From contig NC_068981.1 of the NCBI RefSeq assembly GCF_001194135.2, forward strand, positions 90,184,689 through 90,220,886: DNA of 36,198 nucleotides, given 5' to 3'. Under the pieces are notes generated by a model. It saw nothing but the letters and a program-made list of their open reading frames with translations. It was not told the DNA's origin and did not search any database. Within the stretch, counting starts at the first letter, position 1. Every line of letters begins with the position of its first letter. The position numbers and the translations under genes are program-made. This DNA comes from Octopus bimaculoides (lineage: Eukaryota). Below are positions 1 to 10,738 of the stretch, piece after piece.

Positions 1-12
1 TATATATATATA

Positions 13-278
13 TAGCCTCGGGTCAACCAAAGCTTTGTGAGTAGATTTGGTAGACAGAAACTGAAAGGTCGTCGTATGTATGTGTGTGTGTGTGTCATGT
101 CTGTGTTTGTCCTTAACTACTGTTTGACAATTGGTGTTGGTGTGTTTGCATCCCCATAACTTAATGGTTCAGCAAAGAAACCAATTAAATAAATACCAGG
201 CTTAAAATAAAAGTATTGGTGTCAATTCATTTGACTAAAATTCTTCAAAGCAGTGCCCCAGCATGGCCACAGTCTATG
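13..278 (+). mobile_element. tRNA/CORE-type SINE (family A), 3' part
   Basis: AGCCTCGGG..ACCAAAGC..GTGAGT.GATTTGGTAGAC.GAAACTGAAAG, a central (TG)n, and tail CAGCATGGCCACAGTC, as in the other copies. Boundaries approximate. Confidence 0.8.
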
Positions 279-564
279 ATGGGAAGGATATCCAACCGGG
301 GTAGCAACACGAAGGATATCCAATCATAGAAAAACCTCAGCAAATTCTGTCTGATCTATGCAAGCATGGAAAAGTGGGCATTAAATGGTGTTGCATCAAA
401 TGTTAATGAATCAATAAAGCTACAATAAAAATGAAAGGCAAACTGAGATGACCCAAAAACTAAATGACAATAGAATGGATACAAACTTTGTACAAACAAG
501 TAGACTACACATTTTCTCTTATTACATCAAAAGCAATCAAGCATTTTAAATCAAATCAAGATAT

Positions 565-918
565 AGGCACAGGTGTGGGTGTGGTAAGAATTTAGCTTCC
601 CAATCACATGGTTTCTGGGTTTACTCCCACTGTGTGGCACCTTGGGCAAGTGTCTTCTACTACAGCCTCAAGCCAACCAAAGGCTTGTGAGTGGATTTGG
701 AAAATTAAAACTGAAAGAAACCCATTGTGTGTGTGCCCTCTTCTACCACTGCTTGATAACTGGTGTTACTGTGTTTACATCCCTGTAACTTAATGGTCCA
801 GTAAAAGAGACCGGCAGAATAAGTACCAGGCTTAAAAAAGAAAACAAGTACTGAGCCTGATTAGTTCAACTAAAATTCCTCAAAGCAATATCCCAGCATG
901 GCAACAGTCTAATGACAA
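565..918 (+). mobile_element. Family A SINE, near full length
   Basis: Head GTGTGGTAAGAA..CTTCCCAA.CACATGG, core GGCACCTTGGGCAAGTGTCTTCTAC (MIR/CORE-like ACCTTGGGCAAGT), and the family tail. Confidence 0.8.
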
Positions 919-959
919 TTTTTTTTTTAAACATTAGATATCACCTCTAACAAGGGAGA

Positions 960-1350
960 TAATTAGCTTAAGATACAGTTTGGGTTTGTGAGAGGACAAA
1001 GAACTAGCAACAGCTTTTTATTGAGACAACAGAATTTCTCAGCTAACTATACTTAGTATTCTCTGACCTGAGAGAGGATTGACAGAGTAACATTTTCTTT
1101 GTGACCACCACTCTAAAGAGCATGAGATATTGATGTATCACATGTAACAGTTATGAAGGCTACATTCAAGTGTGTCAGTAAAGTAAGAGTTAACAATGAA
1201 TTCATTGAGGAATTTATTTAATTATCCATCAAAGCACTATTCTCAGTCCTCTGGCCTTTAACAGATATTGTTCAAGACAGGTTGTGTGGGAAATCTTGTA
1301 TGCAATGACCTAGTTCTCATAGCCGAACAAATCAAACAATTAGGAAGAGT
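960..1350 (+). mobile_element. Highly degenerate RTE LINE reverse-transcriptase fragment
   Basis: Broken frames give IQFGFVRGQRT, SKVRVNNEF and EILYA.DLVLIAE (YADD region), paralleling the RTE at 24.5-25 kb. Confidence 0.55.
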
Positions 1351-2143
1351 TCAATATTGAAATTCCAATATTTAAGAACATCAATGGGAAAGAAAAAATG
1401 GTTTTATCAATAAAACACTTGACTCTGAATGTATTTATAAACTTCACAGAAAAAAAAATACAATAAAAAGCAATCAAGAAAATTCTGACAGTGTACAAAA
1501 GATTTATTACAAGAAAATTGAGCAAAATATTCTGAAATATATGGTACTAGCAAATACAACTGTCCTTTGGACGGTTTAAGTTGCTTTGGTGGTATTTTTT
1601 TCCAAATAATTGACCTACCAAGAAGGTTTATGAGTAGTATGGCAATCTATATTTCCGATTAACCTACGAACGGAAAACCAAATTGAAGGCTGGTTATTGT
1701 GGAGGCTGTTGCACTTTAATGATTACAGAAAATTTAAGTTTGCAAGCAATGCAAAGTAGAGCTACTGAAGTGTTTTGAGAGTAGATTACAGATAATGACT
1801 ACAAAATACAGTTGTTTTACATGAGTACCAGCTGCGTATTAGGGTTGATATAATCGACTTACTGCTCTCCCAAAATTGCTGGCCTTGTGCCATTTGAAAC
1901 CAATATTACTAGAATACTGGGCTGTATTACTCTGGTAGGTATTAAAGTGATGCTAAATATAACCAGTTCCTATCTAATGCCTGACAAAATAAGAACTAAA
2001 ATTTAAAACTACAATGATATTAAGATAAACATTAACAAAACAAAAAAAAATTTCAATCTATGAGTAAATAAAAAATTTAATTTACAATTTCATCTCTTAC
2101 ATTAGGGGAAGTAGCATTTTCCATTTGATTTGGAAACAGTCTT

Positions 2144-2390
2144 TATCCTTTCTGTTACTATGTTTCCTACTAAAATACACCGGCTTTTGTTTAAATTAAT
2201 TTTGAAAATTATGAAGAATTTACTAAATCAACTAAATCATTATCAAGCTGGAGTTCGGAATTAAATTTTGGAATTAAAATTAATGTGGAATTTTGATAGA
2301 AAAGTTTCATTTAGATTCCTCTAAAACAAGTTTATATCGTAGAACCAGGGATAGTTTCAGGCAGGTTGATATCAGATATCGAAGGGATTA
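2144..2390. mobile_element. Old TTAA-type (piggyBac-like) MITE
   Basis: Decayed ends TTTATCCTTTCTGTTAC ... ATCGAAGGGATTAA resemble the intact 19138 termini. The body is similar to 27620-27818. Confidence 0.45.
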
Positions 2391-2464
2391 AATAATGACT
2401 GAAGTACAAAATGAATAAAAGGAATGTTTAGGAGCTTTTAGAAAAAGAAATTGGATTAAGAAAA

Positions 2465-2465
<1 letters not shown>

Positions 2466-2505
<40 letters not shown>
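2466..2505. repeat. 40-nt poly(A) run (poly-U on the FASN pre-mRNA)
   Basis: Direct count; it starts 14 nt downstream of the donor at 2519. Confidence 0.9.
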
Positions 2506-2509
<4 letters not shown>

Positions 2510-2519
2510 AGTTTCTTAC

Positions 2520-2693
2520 CTTTGAAATCAAAATAGAATGATAGTCGATTAGCAAACATTGAACGAGCACAACCAGTCATGTGGTACCCAACAGTTGCAT
2601 CAGGATCAGCAGACCAAGCTTGATGTGCTTCTGATTCACTGGCACCAATAAAGACACCAGTTCGGGAGCCTCGTATGGAGTATGGATCAATAC
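2520..2693 (-). CDS. FASN: FASN third coding exon (KS domain, ends just before the DTACSS catalytic motif)
   Basis: (G)[57 protein letters not shown](G); acceptor TTTCAG ends at 2694, donor G|GTAAGA at 2519; 174 nt. Confidence 0.96.
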
Positions 2694-2738
2694 CTGAAAT
2701 AAGAGTTACATGTACATTATAATAATAATGATGATAAT

Positions 2739-3120
2739 CCTTTCTATTATAGGCACAAGGCTTGAAATTTGTGGGGAGGGGACTAGTCAATTACATCCAC
2801 CCCAGTGTTTCACTGGTACTTAATTTATCAACCCCCAAAAGGATAAAAAGGCATAGTCAACCTTGGCGAAATTAGAACACAGAACGTAAAGTCAGATGAA
2901 ATTGTTGTGTCGAAGTCCCCAAGCGAAGAAGTAGGCTCGACCAAGACATAAATAGAGGTGGTCTGACCGTGGTAGGAGTGGACTGACAGTTGAGTAGCCG
3001 TAGTGTAGCGATTGAGCAGAGATCATCCGAAGGTGCTAGATAACAGTAGCTTGAGACATGACAGAAATACTGCTAAACATTTCATTCAGCATACTAACAA
3101 CTCTGCCAGCTAACAGCCTT
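2739..3120 (-). mobile_element. tRNA-derived SINE (family C) interrupted by a solo LTR
   Basis: Minus strand reads GCTGGCAGAGTTGTTAG..GAAATGTTTAGCAGTATTTC | ATCTGACTTTACGTTCTG.. through to GCCTTGTGCC and an (ATT)n tail. Related fragments lie at ~1820-1910 (+) and ~21260-21440 (-). Confidence 0.65.
2903..3063. mobile_element. Solo LTR, 161 bp
   Basis: Starts TGTTGTG and ends CATGACA (TG...CA). Flanked by a 5-bp direct repeat GAAAT (2898-2902, 3064-3068). Removing it restores a continuous host SINE. Confidence 0.7.
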
Positions 3121-3158
3121 TGTAAAATATGGAACACTTCACAAATTTGCATGTCATC

Positions 3159-3190
<32 letters not shown>

Positions 3191-3225
3191 ACTGCCTAAG
3201 CCGGTACAATACACACACCTTTGGA

Positions 3226-3657
3226 CTGACCGAGACCTTTGGAAGTGTGCTGTGCGTGAGAAGACCCGGCAAGCCAAGTAAGATCGTTGCCAGTGCCCCT
3301 GGACTGGTTCTTGTGCGGGTGGCACATGAGATGCACCATTTTGAGCGTGGCCGTTGCCAGTACCGCCTGACTGGCTCCCGTAGGATTTTCGAGTGAGATC
3401 GTTGCCAGTGCCCCTGGACTGGCTTGTGCGGGTGGCACATAAAAGACACCATTTCGAGCGTGGCCGTTTTCGTGCGGGTGACACGTAAAAGCACCCACTA
3501 CACTCTCTGAGTGGTTGGCGTTAGGAAGGGCATCCAGCTGTAGAAACTCTGCCAAATTAGACTGGAGCCTGGTGTTGCCATCCGGTTTCACCAGTCCTCA
3601 GTCAAATCGTCCAACCCATGCTAGCATGGAAAGCGGACGTTAAACGATGATGATGAT
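3226..3657 (+). mobile_element. RTE LINE 3' end (ORF end, 3'UTR, (GAT)n tail)
   Basis: ..DRDLWKCAVREKTRQAK* (cf. DQDVWRYEVLEKTRPLQ at 25.8 kb), then the family UTR ending GGAAAGCGGACGTTAAACGATGATGAT. Confidence 0.85.
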
Positions 3658-3945
3658 ACCAGAGTGATGCAAAAAAATCATCACAGCATTGACAAGAACA
3701 GACGCATTTGGTCCTACTTGGGGCTTGTTAATGGCATGCACCGGTTTGTCACTCGCTTAGATGAAATTCATGTTTCAATATACAAGAAACAATAATATGT
3801 CAATAATATGTATTCACTGGTATTGCAGAAAGCTTGCTGAGCTGTAAAACAACTCAGAGAGCATAACTGATTTTGAACTTAAATAAAAAAAAAAATTTAA
3901 GGATAACAGAAAAAAAAATATAAAAAGCAGGGAGCAAACACTTAC

Positions 3946-4098
3946 CAGCATCTATAAGAGATTCATAGGAAACTTCTAAAAGCATTCGCAATTGGGGTTC
4001 CATGGCATCAGCTTGTTTTGGTGGAATCCCAAAGAAAGCAGCATCAAATTTATCCAGTTCCTTTAGCTTTCCAGCACGTTTTGGTAAGTCATACAGAC
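3946..4098 (-). CDS. FASN: FASN second coding exon (KS domain)
   Basis: (G)[50 protein letters not shown](G); acceptor AG at 4100-4099, donor G|GTAAGT at 3945; 153 nt, frame-compatible with both neighbouring exons. Confidence 0.96.
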
Positions 4099-4699
4099 CT
4101 AGCAAAATACAATAAGCATGAAGTGAGCCTTTCTAATAGTTCTTAGTATTATCTGGGTTTCATTTATATACAGCAATTTGCAAAGGCCTACATTTTCTGG
4201 GGAGGGATTCACAGCATATTACTTAATATAATTATCAAAATAAAATTAAATAACCAAATTATCAAAAATCAATCTAGATATGGTTTATAGTTAAAAGAAT
4301 CACTAATTGAGAAATTAAAGACCACATTACTGGCTGAAAATCATTAATATCATGAATCAACCTTCTTGCTCTTAAAACACTGTCATTTTGTCTTTTTTTT
4401 TTTTTACATCATATGTAAACAAACAAATTTGTTTTTATGAAGCGTTGAAATGTATTGTAGAACAAGTAGAACAATGTATATAAAAGATAAAATCCTTTTA
4501 ACAACAGAAAAATGTGCCAGCAACCAGCCATGAGGATCAAACTTACACCTCTTCTAATATCCGGTTGGAGTGCTCTACCCTTTCAGCCAAGCTGCCGACT
4601 GGAGAATTCTTCTGTAATTTTAGAAGTTATAAAGCCATCCAGAAACGCTAGGTGTCATAGATTACATCATATTTCTTCACACTAAGAAAGAAAATTTAT

Positions 4700-5085
4700 A
4701 ACATTTAGGTGTAGTCGTTCTGCGACAAAAGAGATTGCTTGCTAACCACATGGTCTCAGGTTGTTTCACTGCGCAGCACCTTGGACAAGCGTTTTCCACT
4801 ATAGCCTCAAGCTGACCAAAGCCTTGTGAATGGATTTGGGAAACAGAAACTGAAAAAAACTGTTGCATGTACTGACATGTTCATGTCCCCTTGTCTAGAC
4901 AGCGCATAATTATAAATGACCACCATTACAATACAATTAAGGTTGTATTTTTTTCCAGTCTTCTGTGAAATATATTACCTTGCTTAGAAACAGAGTTAAC
5001 AGGAAGGGCATCCAGCCATAAAAAAAATCTGCCTCAGCAAGATCTGTGTAACCCATGCAAGCATGGGAAAGTGGATGTTAAATGA
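4700..5085 (+). mobile_element. Family A-headed SINE variant with an RTE-like tail
   Basis: CORE-like 5' half, then GGAAGGGCATCCAGCC..CCCATGCAAGCATGGG..GTTAAATGA. It ends a few nt from the FASN donor. A similar copy lies at ~19440-19820. Confidence 0.65.
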
Positions 5086-5093
5086 GGACTTAC

Positions 5094-5304
5094 CAGGTTT
5101 CCATCGTCGGTCATCCTCTGTGATCATATCAATAGAATTGATGAGATTTTCTCGGAATTCTGCAATGTTGTTGGATTCTGGAAGGCGTCCAGATATACCA
5201 GAAATAATGACTTCATCAGAGCAGTAAAATTCAGAGATTTCATTAACTGGGCCATTTTTAGTCCCTTCCCCTACAGAAGGGTTATCAAACATTCGAGCAG
5301 GCAT
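5094..5304 (-). CDS. FASN: Fatty acid synthase (animal type I), first coding exon: N-terminal extension plus start of the ketosynthase domain
   Basis: Translates MPARMF...[41 protein letters not shown], matching the FASN KS start (human [40 protein letters not shown]). ATG at 5304-5302; acceptor TTTTCAG ends at 5314, giving 9 nt of 5'UTR (exon 5094-5313); donor G|GTAAGT at 5093; 211 nt, phase 1. Confidence 0.95.
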
Positions 5305-7116
5305 ATTTTAAATCTGAAAATATAAATTATTCCATAGAATTTATTCAAATTGTACAAGACTAATATTTTCAAATTAAATGTTCTTTAGGCACATATTTTT
5401 GCAATATATTTTTTCTAAATAAAACTTTTTCACAGAATCCATAATGATTATGTTAACTAAGATCAACAACTGCAATAAAAGTGAGGATGGCAAGTGAAGA
5501 CCAAGAGAAAGAAAGGTTTCCTCTCACCCATTTTTAATTTTTATAACCTAGGGAAGGAAAGAGTTATAGAGCCTCAACAGAATCCACTTCCTACACCTGT
5601 AGCTTTATACTAGCCTATTGTTTATTTGAGCACATTTCACTACTTAAAATATAAAAAAAAGGAAATAACTATTCAATCTTAGGATAACAAATTTATCAAA
5701 AACTAAACTGCAAATAATTTTATTAGTTTGCAGCCCAAGAGACAACATTCTGTTTCCCTGGAGTCCAGACTTTACACTTTAGGTCCCTTTAAAATAATCC
5801 AAGTGATTTGTAAAAGGTGACATGGCTCTCAGTATTCTAAGAGATTATGCAATTTAATCAACTCTAGTGAAATCAAATAACATAAGTGAAATATGAACTG
5901 TACATGTGCTAGCAATGATCTTAAAACTTAACATGTATTGGTAAAAAGATGCTGTTGTAAGGTGAATTTCCATGAGAACTGCAATATGATGGTAATAACA
6001 ACCAAGTATTAATGATATGGATTTTAATTCTATTGGGGTAGCCATAATTTTTGTTCCGTCTAATACAGCAGTTCTCAACCAGGGCCCATATAAGATTTCA
6101 TTAAAATTTATCTGCAATAAATTTGTTAGACTTCTATAATTCACAAAATATTGATTTTTTTTTTTATATACAATTCCTAATATTTAATTATAAAAACGAT
6201 TTTTTTTTTTAAACATCAAATGGCTAGGACAGTCCATCTAAACACTGATCTAATACGATCCCTAATTTTGTTTAGAATGTAGACAGGTTTACATGGTTTA
6301 TTAGAATGCATTCCTATTAAGTTCATGTTTGGTATCTAGAAATGAAGTTTTGTAGCTAATAATACTTATTTTCAAGAATTTATGCAAAGGGTAACAAATA
6401 TGAATAGAAATATAATTCAGAATTATACAAAGGATAACATTGTATTTGATAAGCGTTTAACCTTACAGGACTGAATTCTATTCCTCTCAAACTGCAAGGC
6501 ATAATTTTTATTTTATTTTTCCTCTATAAACCACTCCCAAGATCTCACATTAAATTTGTATGACAAAGCAACTGGTCTACCCATGAAGTACACACACACA
6601 CACACACTTCAAATGGGATGATTGAGATAAAAGTAAATACAACAAACATCACTTATAGATAAGTGTTCTTAAACTCAAGTTTATTATCTATAAGAGTTTT
6701 CAATAATGTTTATGTCTATAAACAGATTTTCATCAGTATCTACAAGAAATAATCCAGTTGCTCAATCAGCAATTGAACTTCCCTACATATTGAACAATAG
6801 TGGTTGAGTATTCCACAGACATATAACCTTAATGTAATCCTCGTACAGATTCAGTATGAAAAGGTGTATTGTGACAGGGATGACCATTTGAACTATAAAT
6901 ACTCTTATAGGTTAGTCCAATAGGATCCCATAACTTCCATTTCACTCATAAAGCTTGAATGAACTCAAGGCTAAAACACACCCAAAATGCCATGCAGTAA
7001 AATTTAATCTGCGACCTTATTTTTAAAATCTTTAAGACTGGTGTTAAAATTTGGTTAGTCTCCCTCACCAGGAAGTGTTCAATATCTTTCTTTAATAATG
7101 CTATATAATCAATATG

Positions 7117-7487
7117 GTGAAGGCGCAATGGCCCAGTGGTTAGGGCAGCGGCCTCGCGGTTTCGATTCCCAGACTGGGCGTTGTGAGTGTTTATTGAGCG
7201 AAAACACCTAAAGCTCCACGAGGCTCCGGCAGGGGATGGTGGCGAACCCTGCTGTACTCTTCCACCACAACTTTCTCTCACTTTTACTTCCTGTTTCGGT
7301 TGTGCCTGTAATTCAAAGGGTCAGCCTTGTCACACTGTGTCATGCTGATTCTCCCCAAGAACTACGTTAAGGGTACACGGGTCTGTGGAGTGCTCAGCCA
7401 CTTGCACGTTAATTTCACGAGCAGGCTGTTCCGATGATCGGATCAACTGGAACCCTCGTCGTCATAAGCGACGGAGTGCCAACAACA
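7117..7487 (+). mobile_element. tRNA-headed SINE (family B), full length with TSD
   Basis: A-box-like TGGCCCAGTGG, B-box-like GTTTCGATTCCC, (AAC)n tail; 12-bp TSD ATAATCAATATG at 7105-7116 and 7488-7499. Confidence 0.85.
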
Positions 7488-7670
7488 ATAATCAATATGA
7501 AAAAACTGCCAAGCCTAAAAGCAAGACTGAAAAAACAAGTTGCTTAAACCACCAGATATATTTGCTTATATACAATAATGTTCAAATGTAAAAAAAAACC
7601 TTGGAATCTGTCGAAATGTCCAGTTTCGCGGTTTTCTTAAACATGTTTAGCAATAATTATTCATAATTAA

Positions 7671-7879
7671 CCCTTTATCATTCAGATTATTCTGTCAAAG
7701 GTAATGCTTTTTTTATTCACATTGTTTTGAATTAATCATGCATTATATTAGAGCTATGAGATTTTGATGAGGCAACTTAACTATTTAGAATGACAGTGTG
7801 AGAAATCAGATCTGGCCGGTTTGAACATAAAACAGGTAAAATATTGTGGTTGGATGTAGCCAGTTTAAATGCTAAAGGA
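7671..7879. mobile_element. piggyBac-like MITE (family P2)
   Basis: TTAA|CCCTTTATCATTCA ... AAATGCTAAAGGA|TTAA; reverse-orientation homolog of 20336-20535. Confidence 0.7.
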
Positions 7880-8085
7880 TTAAAGCTAGTTGTTTTGTCA
7901 TGGTTTTGTATAAGAATAAAAAAGGCACAATATATAAAAAAAAAGACGGGAATTAATTTCTCTCAAATGTTCTATGAAGAAACTGAACTAATTTAGTAGA
8001 TATTTAGTCTCTTTTGTAAAGTAAAATAATAGAGCCAGTTGAGAAATGTAAGAAGTATAGATAAAAGACAACTGATCATAATTTA

Positions 8086-8494
8086 AGGTACAGAAGTAGC
8101 TGTGTGGTAAGAAGCTTGGTTCCCAACCACATGGCTCCGGATTTAGTCCCACTGCATGGCACCTTGGGTAAGTGAATTCTACTATAGCCTGAGTGGATTT
8201 GGTAGACAGAAATTGAAAGAAGCTCATTGTGTGCACATGCATATATATAGCTATGATTGACCGTTGACCGAACACTATTCAATTTTTTTTCTCCGTGTCT
8301 TTCTGTTGAAGAGCGTAGCTCGAAACGTTAAAGACTTTCCGTATTCCTGAGCATCATATTAATACATCCTTTTGTTGTTTATACCACCTGTCCTCGTCTG
8401 TTGTTTTTTCATACATTCTCCCATATATANNNNNNNNNNNNNNNNNNNNNNNNNNNNNNNNNNNNNNNNNNNNNNNNNNNNNNNNNNNNNNNNT

Positions 8495-8529
<35 letters not shown>

Positions 8530-8700
8530 TATATATATAATTTGTGCGTTTGTCCAGTATTAATGTTTACATCCCTGTAACTTAGCAATTCAGCAAAAGA
8601 AACCGATAGAATAAGTACTGGGATTGATTCATTCAACAAAAAGCTCAAGGCAATGCCCCAGCATGGCTGCAGTCTACTGACAAACAGGTAAAAGATGAAA
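8086..8700 (+). mobile_element. Family A SINE with a nested hammerhead-bearing repeat and an N-gap in its central microsatellite
   Basis: 5' half at ~8086-8245 and 3' half at ~8540-8700; unrelated sequence ~8265-8425 and Ns 8430-8493 lie between them. Confidence 0.7.
8297..8335 (+). ncRNA. Minimal type I hammerhead-ribozyme-like motif (Penelope-type), core variant
   Basis: Stem I GTCTTT/AAAGAC (6 bp); core CTGTTGA (canonical CUGANGA, A6>U) plus an extra A; stem II GAGC/GCTC; GAAA; palindromic ACGT; U at the cleavage position. Confidence 0.5.
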
Positions 8701-9034
8701 GAAAGGATCATTTCCCAGAGATGGTTGCTAATAACATTAAACAATACAAATACTCCACTTGCTACCAACAACAAAGATTTGTACATCTACAAATATATGG
8801 AACCTATTTTCAAGTGAAAGGAGTCATTGACTATTTGTTAGAGTTGACAGAGCACTAACAGCAAAATCCATCATCTCAGTATCAACCCTTTTGAGTTCAA
8901 TCCATCCATGACCACTCCTAGTTCTCTGATATAACTTCCTTGTTTAAAAGTGATCTAAAATGACCATTTAGCAAATAAAACCAGCCTAAATATTCTGTTT
9001 TATGTTCAGACCTGCCAGACACATACCTTCCTTC

Positions 9035-9530
9035 ATTGGACACTAAACTCCGCTTGCGAAGACCTGTTGAGGCAAATGAAATCGAATTAAATTCGACGAC
9101 TGGCACCCATGCCAACGTCGTCTCCTTCAATGGAAACGAAACTGTTTGCGAAGACCTATTGGGGCAAGCGAAAGCGAAACCGTCATGGCACCTGTGCCCA
9201 GCATCACCCTCCTGGCACGTGTAAAGACATTTGAGCGAGATCACTGCCAGTGCCACCGAACTGGCTCCTGTGCAGGTGGCATGTAAAATACACCATTTCG
9301 AGTGTGGTCATTGCCAGTACCACCTGACTGGCCTTCGTGCCAGTGGCACGTAAAAGCACCCACTACACTCTCGGAGTGGTTGGCGTTAGGAAGGGCATCC
9401 AGCTGTAGAAACCGTCAAATCAGATTGGAGCCTGGTGTAGCCATCTGGTTTCACCAGTCATCAATCAAATTGTCCAACCCATGCTAGCATGGAAAGCGGA
9501 TGTTAAACGACGACGATGATGATCATCATC
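9035..9530 (+). mobile_element. RTE-type 3'UTR/tail variant
   Basis: Shares GCACGTAAAAGCACCCACTACACTCTC..GGAAGGGCATCCAGCTGTAG..CCATGCTAGCATGG..(GAT)n with 3226-3657, but has a different 5' part. Confidence 0.7.
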
Positions 9531-9554
9531 ATTGAAATCTGAACGCTATATCAT

Positions 9555-9710
9555 TATCATTTAACATTCACCTTCCTTGCTGGCATGGGTTGGACAGTTT
9601 GACAGGAGCTAGCCAGGCAAGAGCCTACACCAGACTTCTGTGTCGGTTTTGCCAGGGTTTTTACAGCTGGATGCTCTTCCTAACACCAACCACTCAGTAG
9701 AGTAGACTAA
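9555..9710 (-). mobile_element. RTE tail fragment
   Basis: Reverse complement of the RTE terminal ~150 bp (TTTAACATTCACC.TCC..GCTGGCATGGGTTGGAC). Confidence 0.6.
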
Positions 9711-10139
9711 CAGAATTAACTCAAAACAATGTGTATAAATAAGTATTACATTGGATAGAGTAATTTGAATGGTAAAGGGTTAAAATCTCTCAATGTTTTA
9801 TGATAAAATTATGTCCCAAACACCAGTTTAATGATGACAAAGCTACTTTACTAAATTCTTCATTATTCTGAAAATTAATTGAAACAAATGCAATGATTTT
9901 TCACAGAAAAATGGTAACAAAAGGGTCAAAGTAGATTGATAAACTCAGCCAGCTACAGTTCTCAGTAATTCAGGGAATGACATTATGTGGTTTACAAATC
10001 GAGAAGAAAATAAATAGTTTTTCACAAATCTATTGGGAATGATTATCTTCAGTCCAATTGTCTTCCAGTATCATGCAAGTAGTTATTTCTTGTGACACCA
10101 AATACACAAAGAACAAATTCAACCACAACAAGATTTGAA

Positions 10140-10320
10140 ATTAGTGAAACTAAATATGACTGGCTTCTTTCAGTTTCCATCTACCTAATTCATACACAAG
10201 ACTTTGGTCGGCCAGAGGTTATAGTAAAAGAAACTTGCCCAAAGTGCCATACAGTGGGACTGAAGCCAGAACCCTGTGGTTGGGAAGCAAGCTTCTTACT
10301 GCAGTCACAACTGCAAGCCT
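10140..10320 (-). mobile_element. Family A SINE 5' half
   Basis: TTCTTTCAGTTTCC.TCTACC..CTTGCCCAAAGTGCC..GGTTGGGAAGCAAGCTTCTTAC is the reverse complement of the head and core. Confidence 0.75.
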
Positions 10321-10363
10321 CCATTTTTTTTTTTTTTTTTTTTTGCAAATCACAATAAATGTG

Positions 10364-10738
10364 TGTTGGCACTGCATCGCTTACGACGTCGAGGGTTCCA
10401 GTTGATCCGAACAACGGAAGAGCCTGCTTGTGAAATTAACGTGCAAGTGGCTGAGCACTCCACAGACACGTTATACCCTTAATGTAGTTCTTGGGGATAT
10501 TCAGCGTGATCAAGTGTGACAAGGCTGACCCTTTAAATTACAGGTACAACAGAAACAGGAAGTAAGAGTGAGAGAAAGTTGTGGTGAAAGAGTACAGCAG
10601 GGTTCGCTACCATCCCCTGCCGGAGCCTCGTGGAGCTTTAGGTGTTTTCGCTCAATAAACACTCACAATGCTCGGTCTGGGCAACGAAACCGCAATGACC
10701 GCGAGTCTGCGGCCCTAACCACTGGGCCATTGCGCCTC
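10364..10738 (-). mobile_element. Family B SINE, full length, inverted relative to 7117-7487
   Basis: Near-identical reverse complement of the 7117 copy, including the GGCGCAATGGCCCAGTGGTTAGGGC head. Confidence 0.85.

Noticed and set aside
1-2519. Next FASN exon (GPS..DTACSSS)
   Set aside because: No matching codons were found on the minus strand; it lies beyond the window start.
3110-3591. Overlapping ORFs on both strands; likewise 6946-7591, 10092-10753, 12433-12707, 16363-16626 and 27106-27410
   Set aside because: They fall within GC-richer SINE or RTE-UTR copies, and the same pseudo-peptides recur at every copy.
7117-7200. tRNA gene calls for SINE heads (also 15626-15700 and 26560-26637)
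   Set aside because: Only A/B boxes are retained, with no complete cloverleaf, and they continue into SINE bodies.
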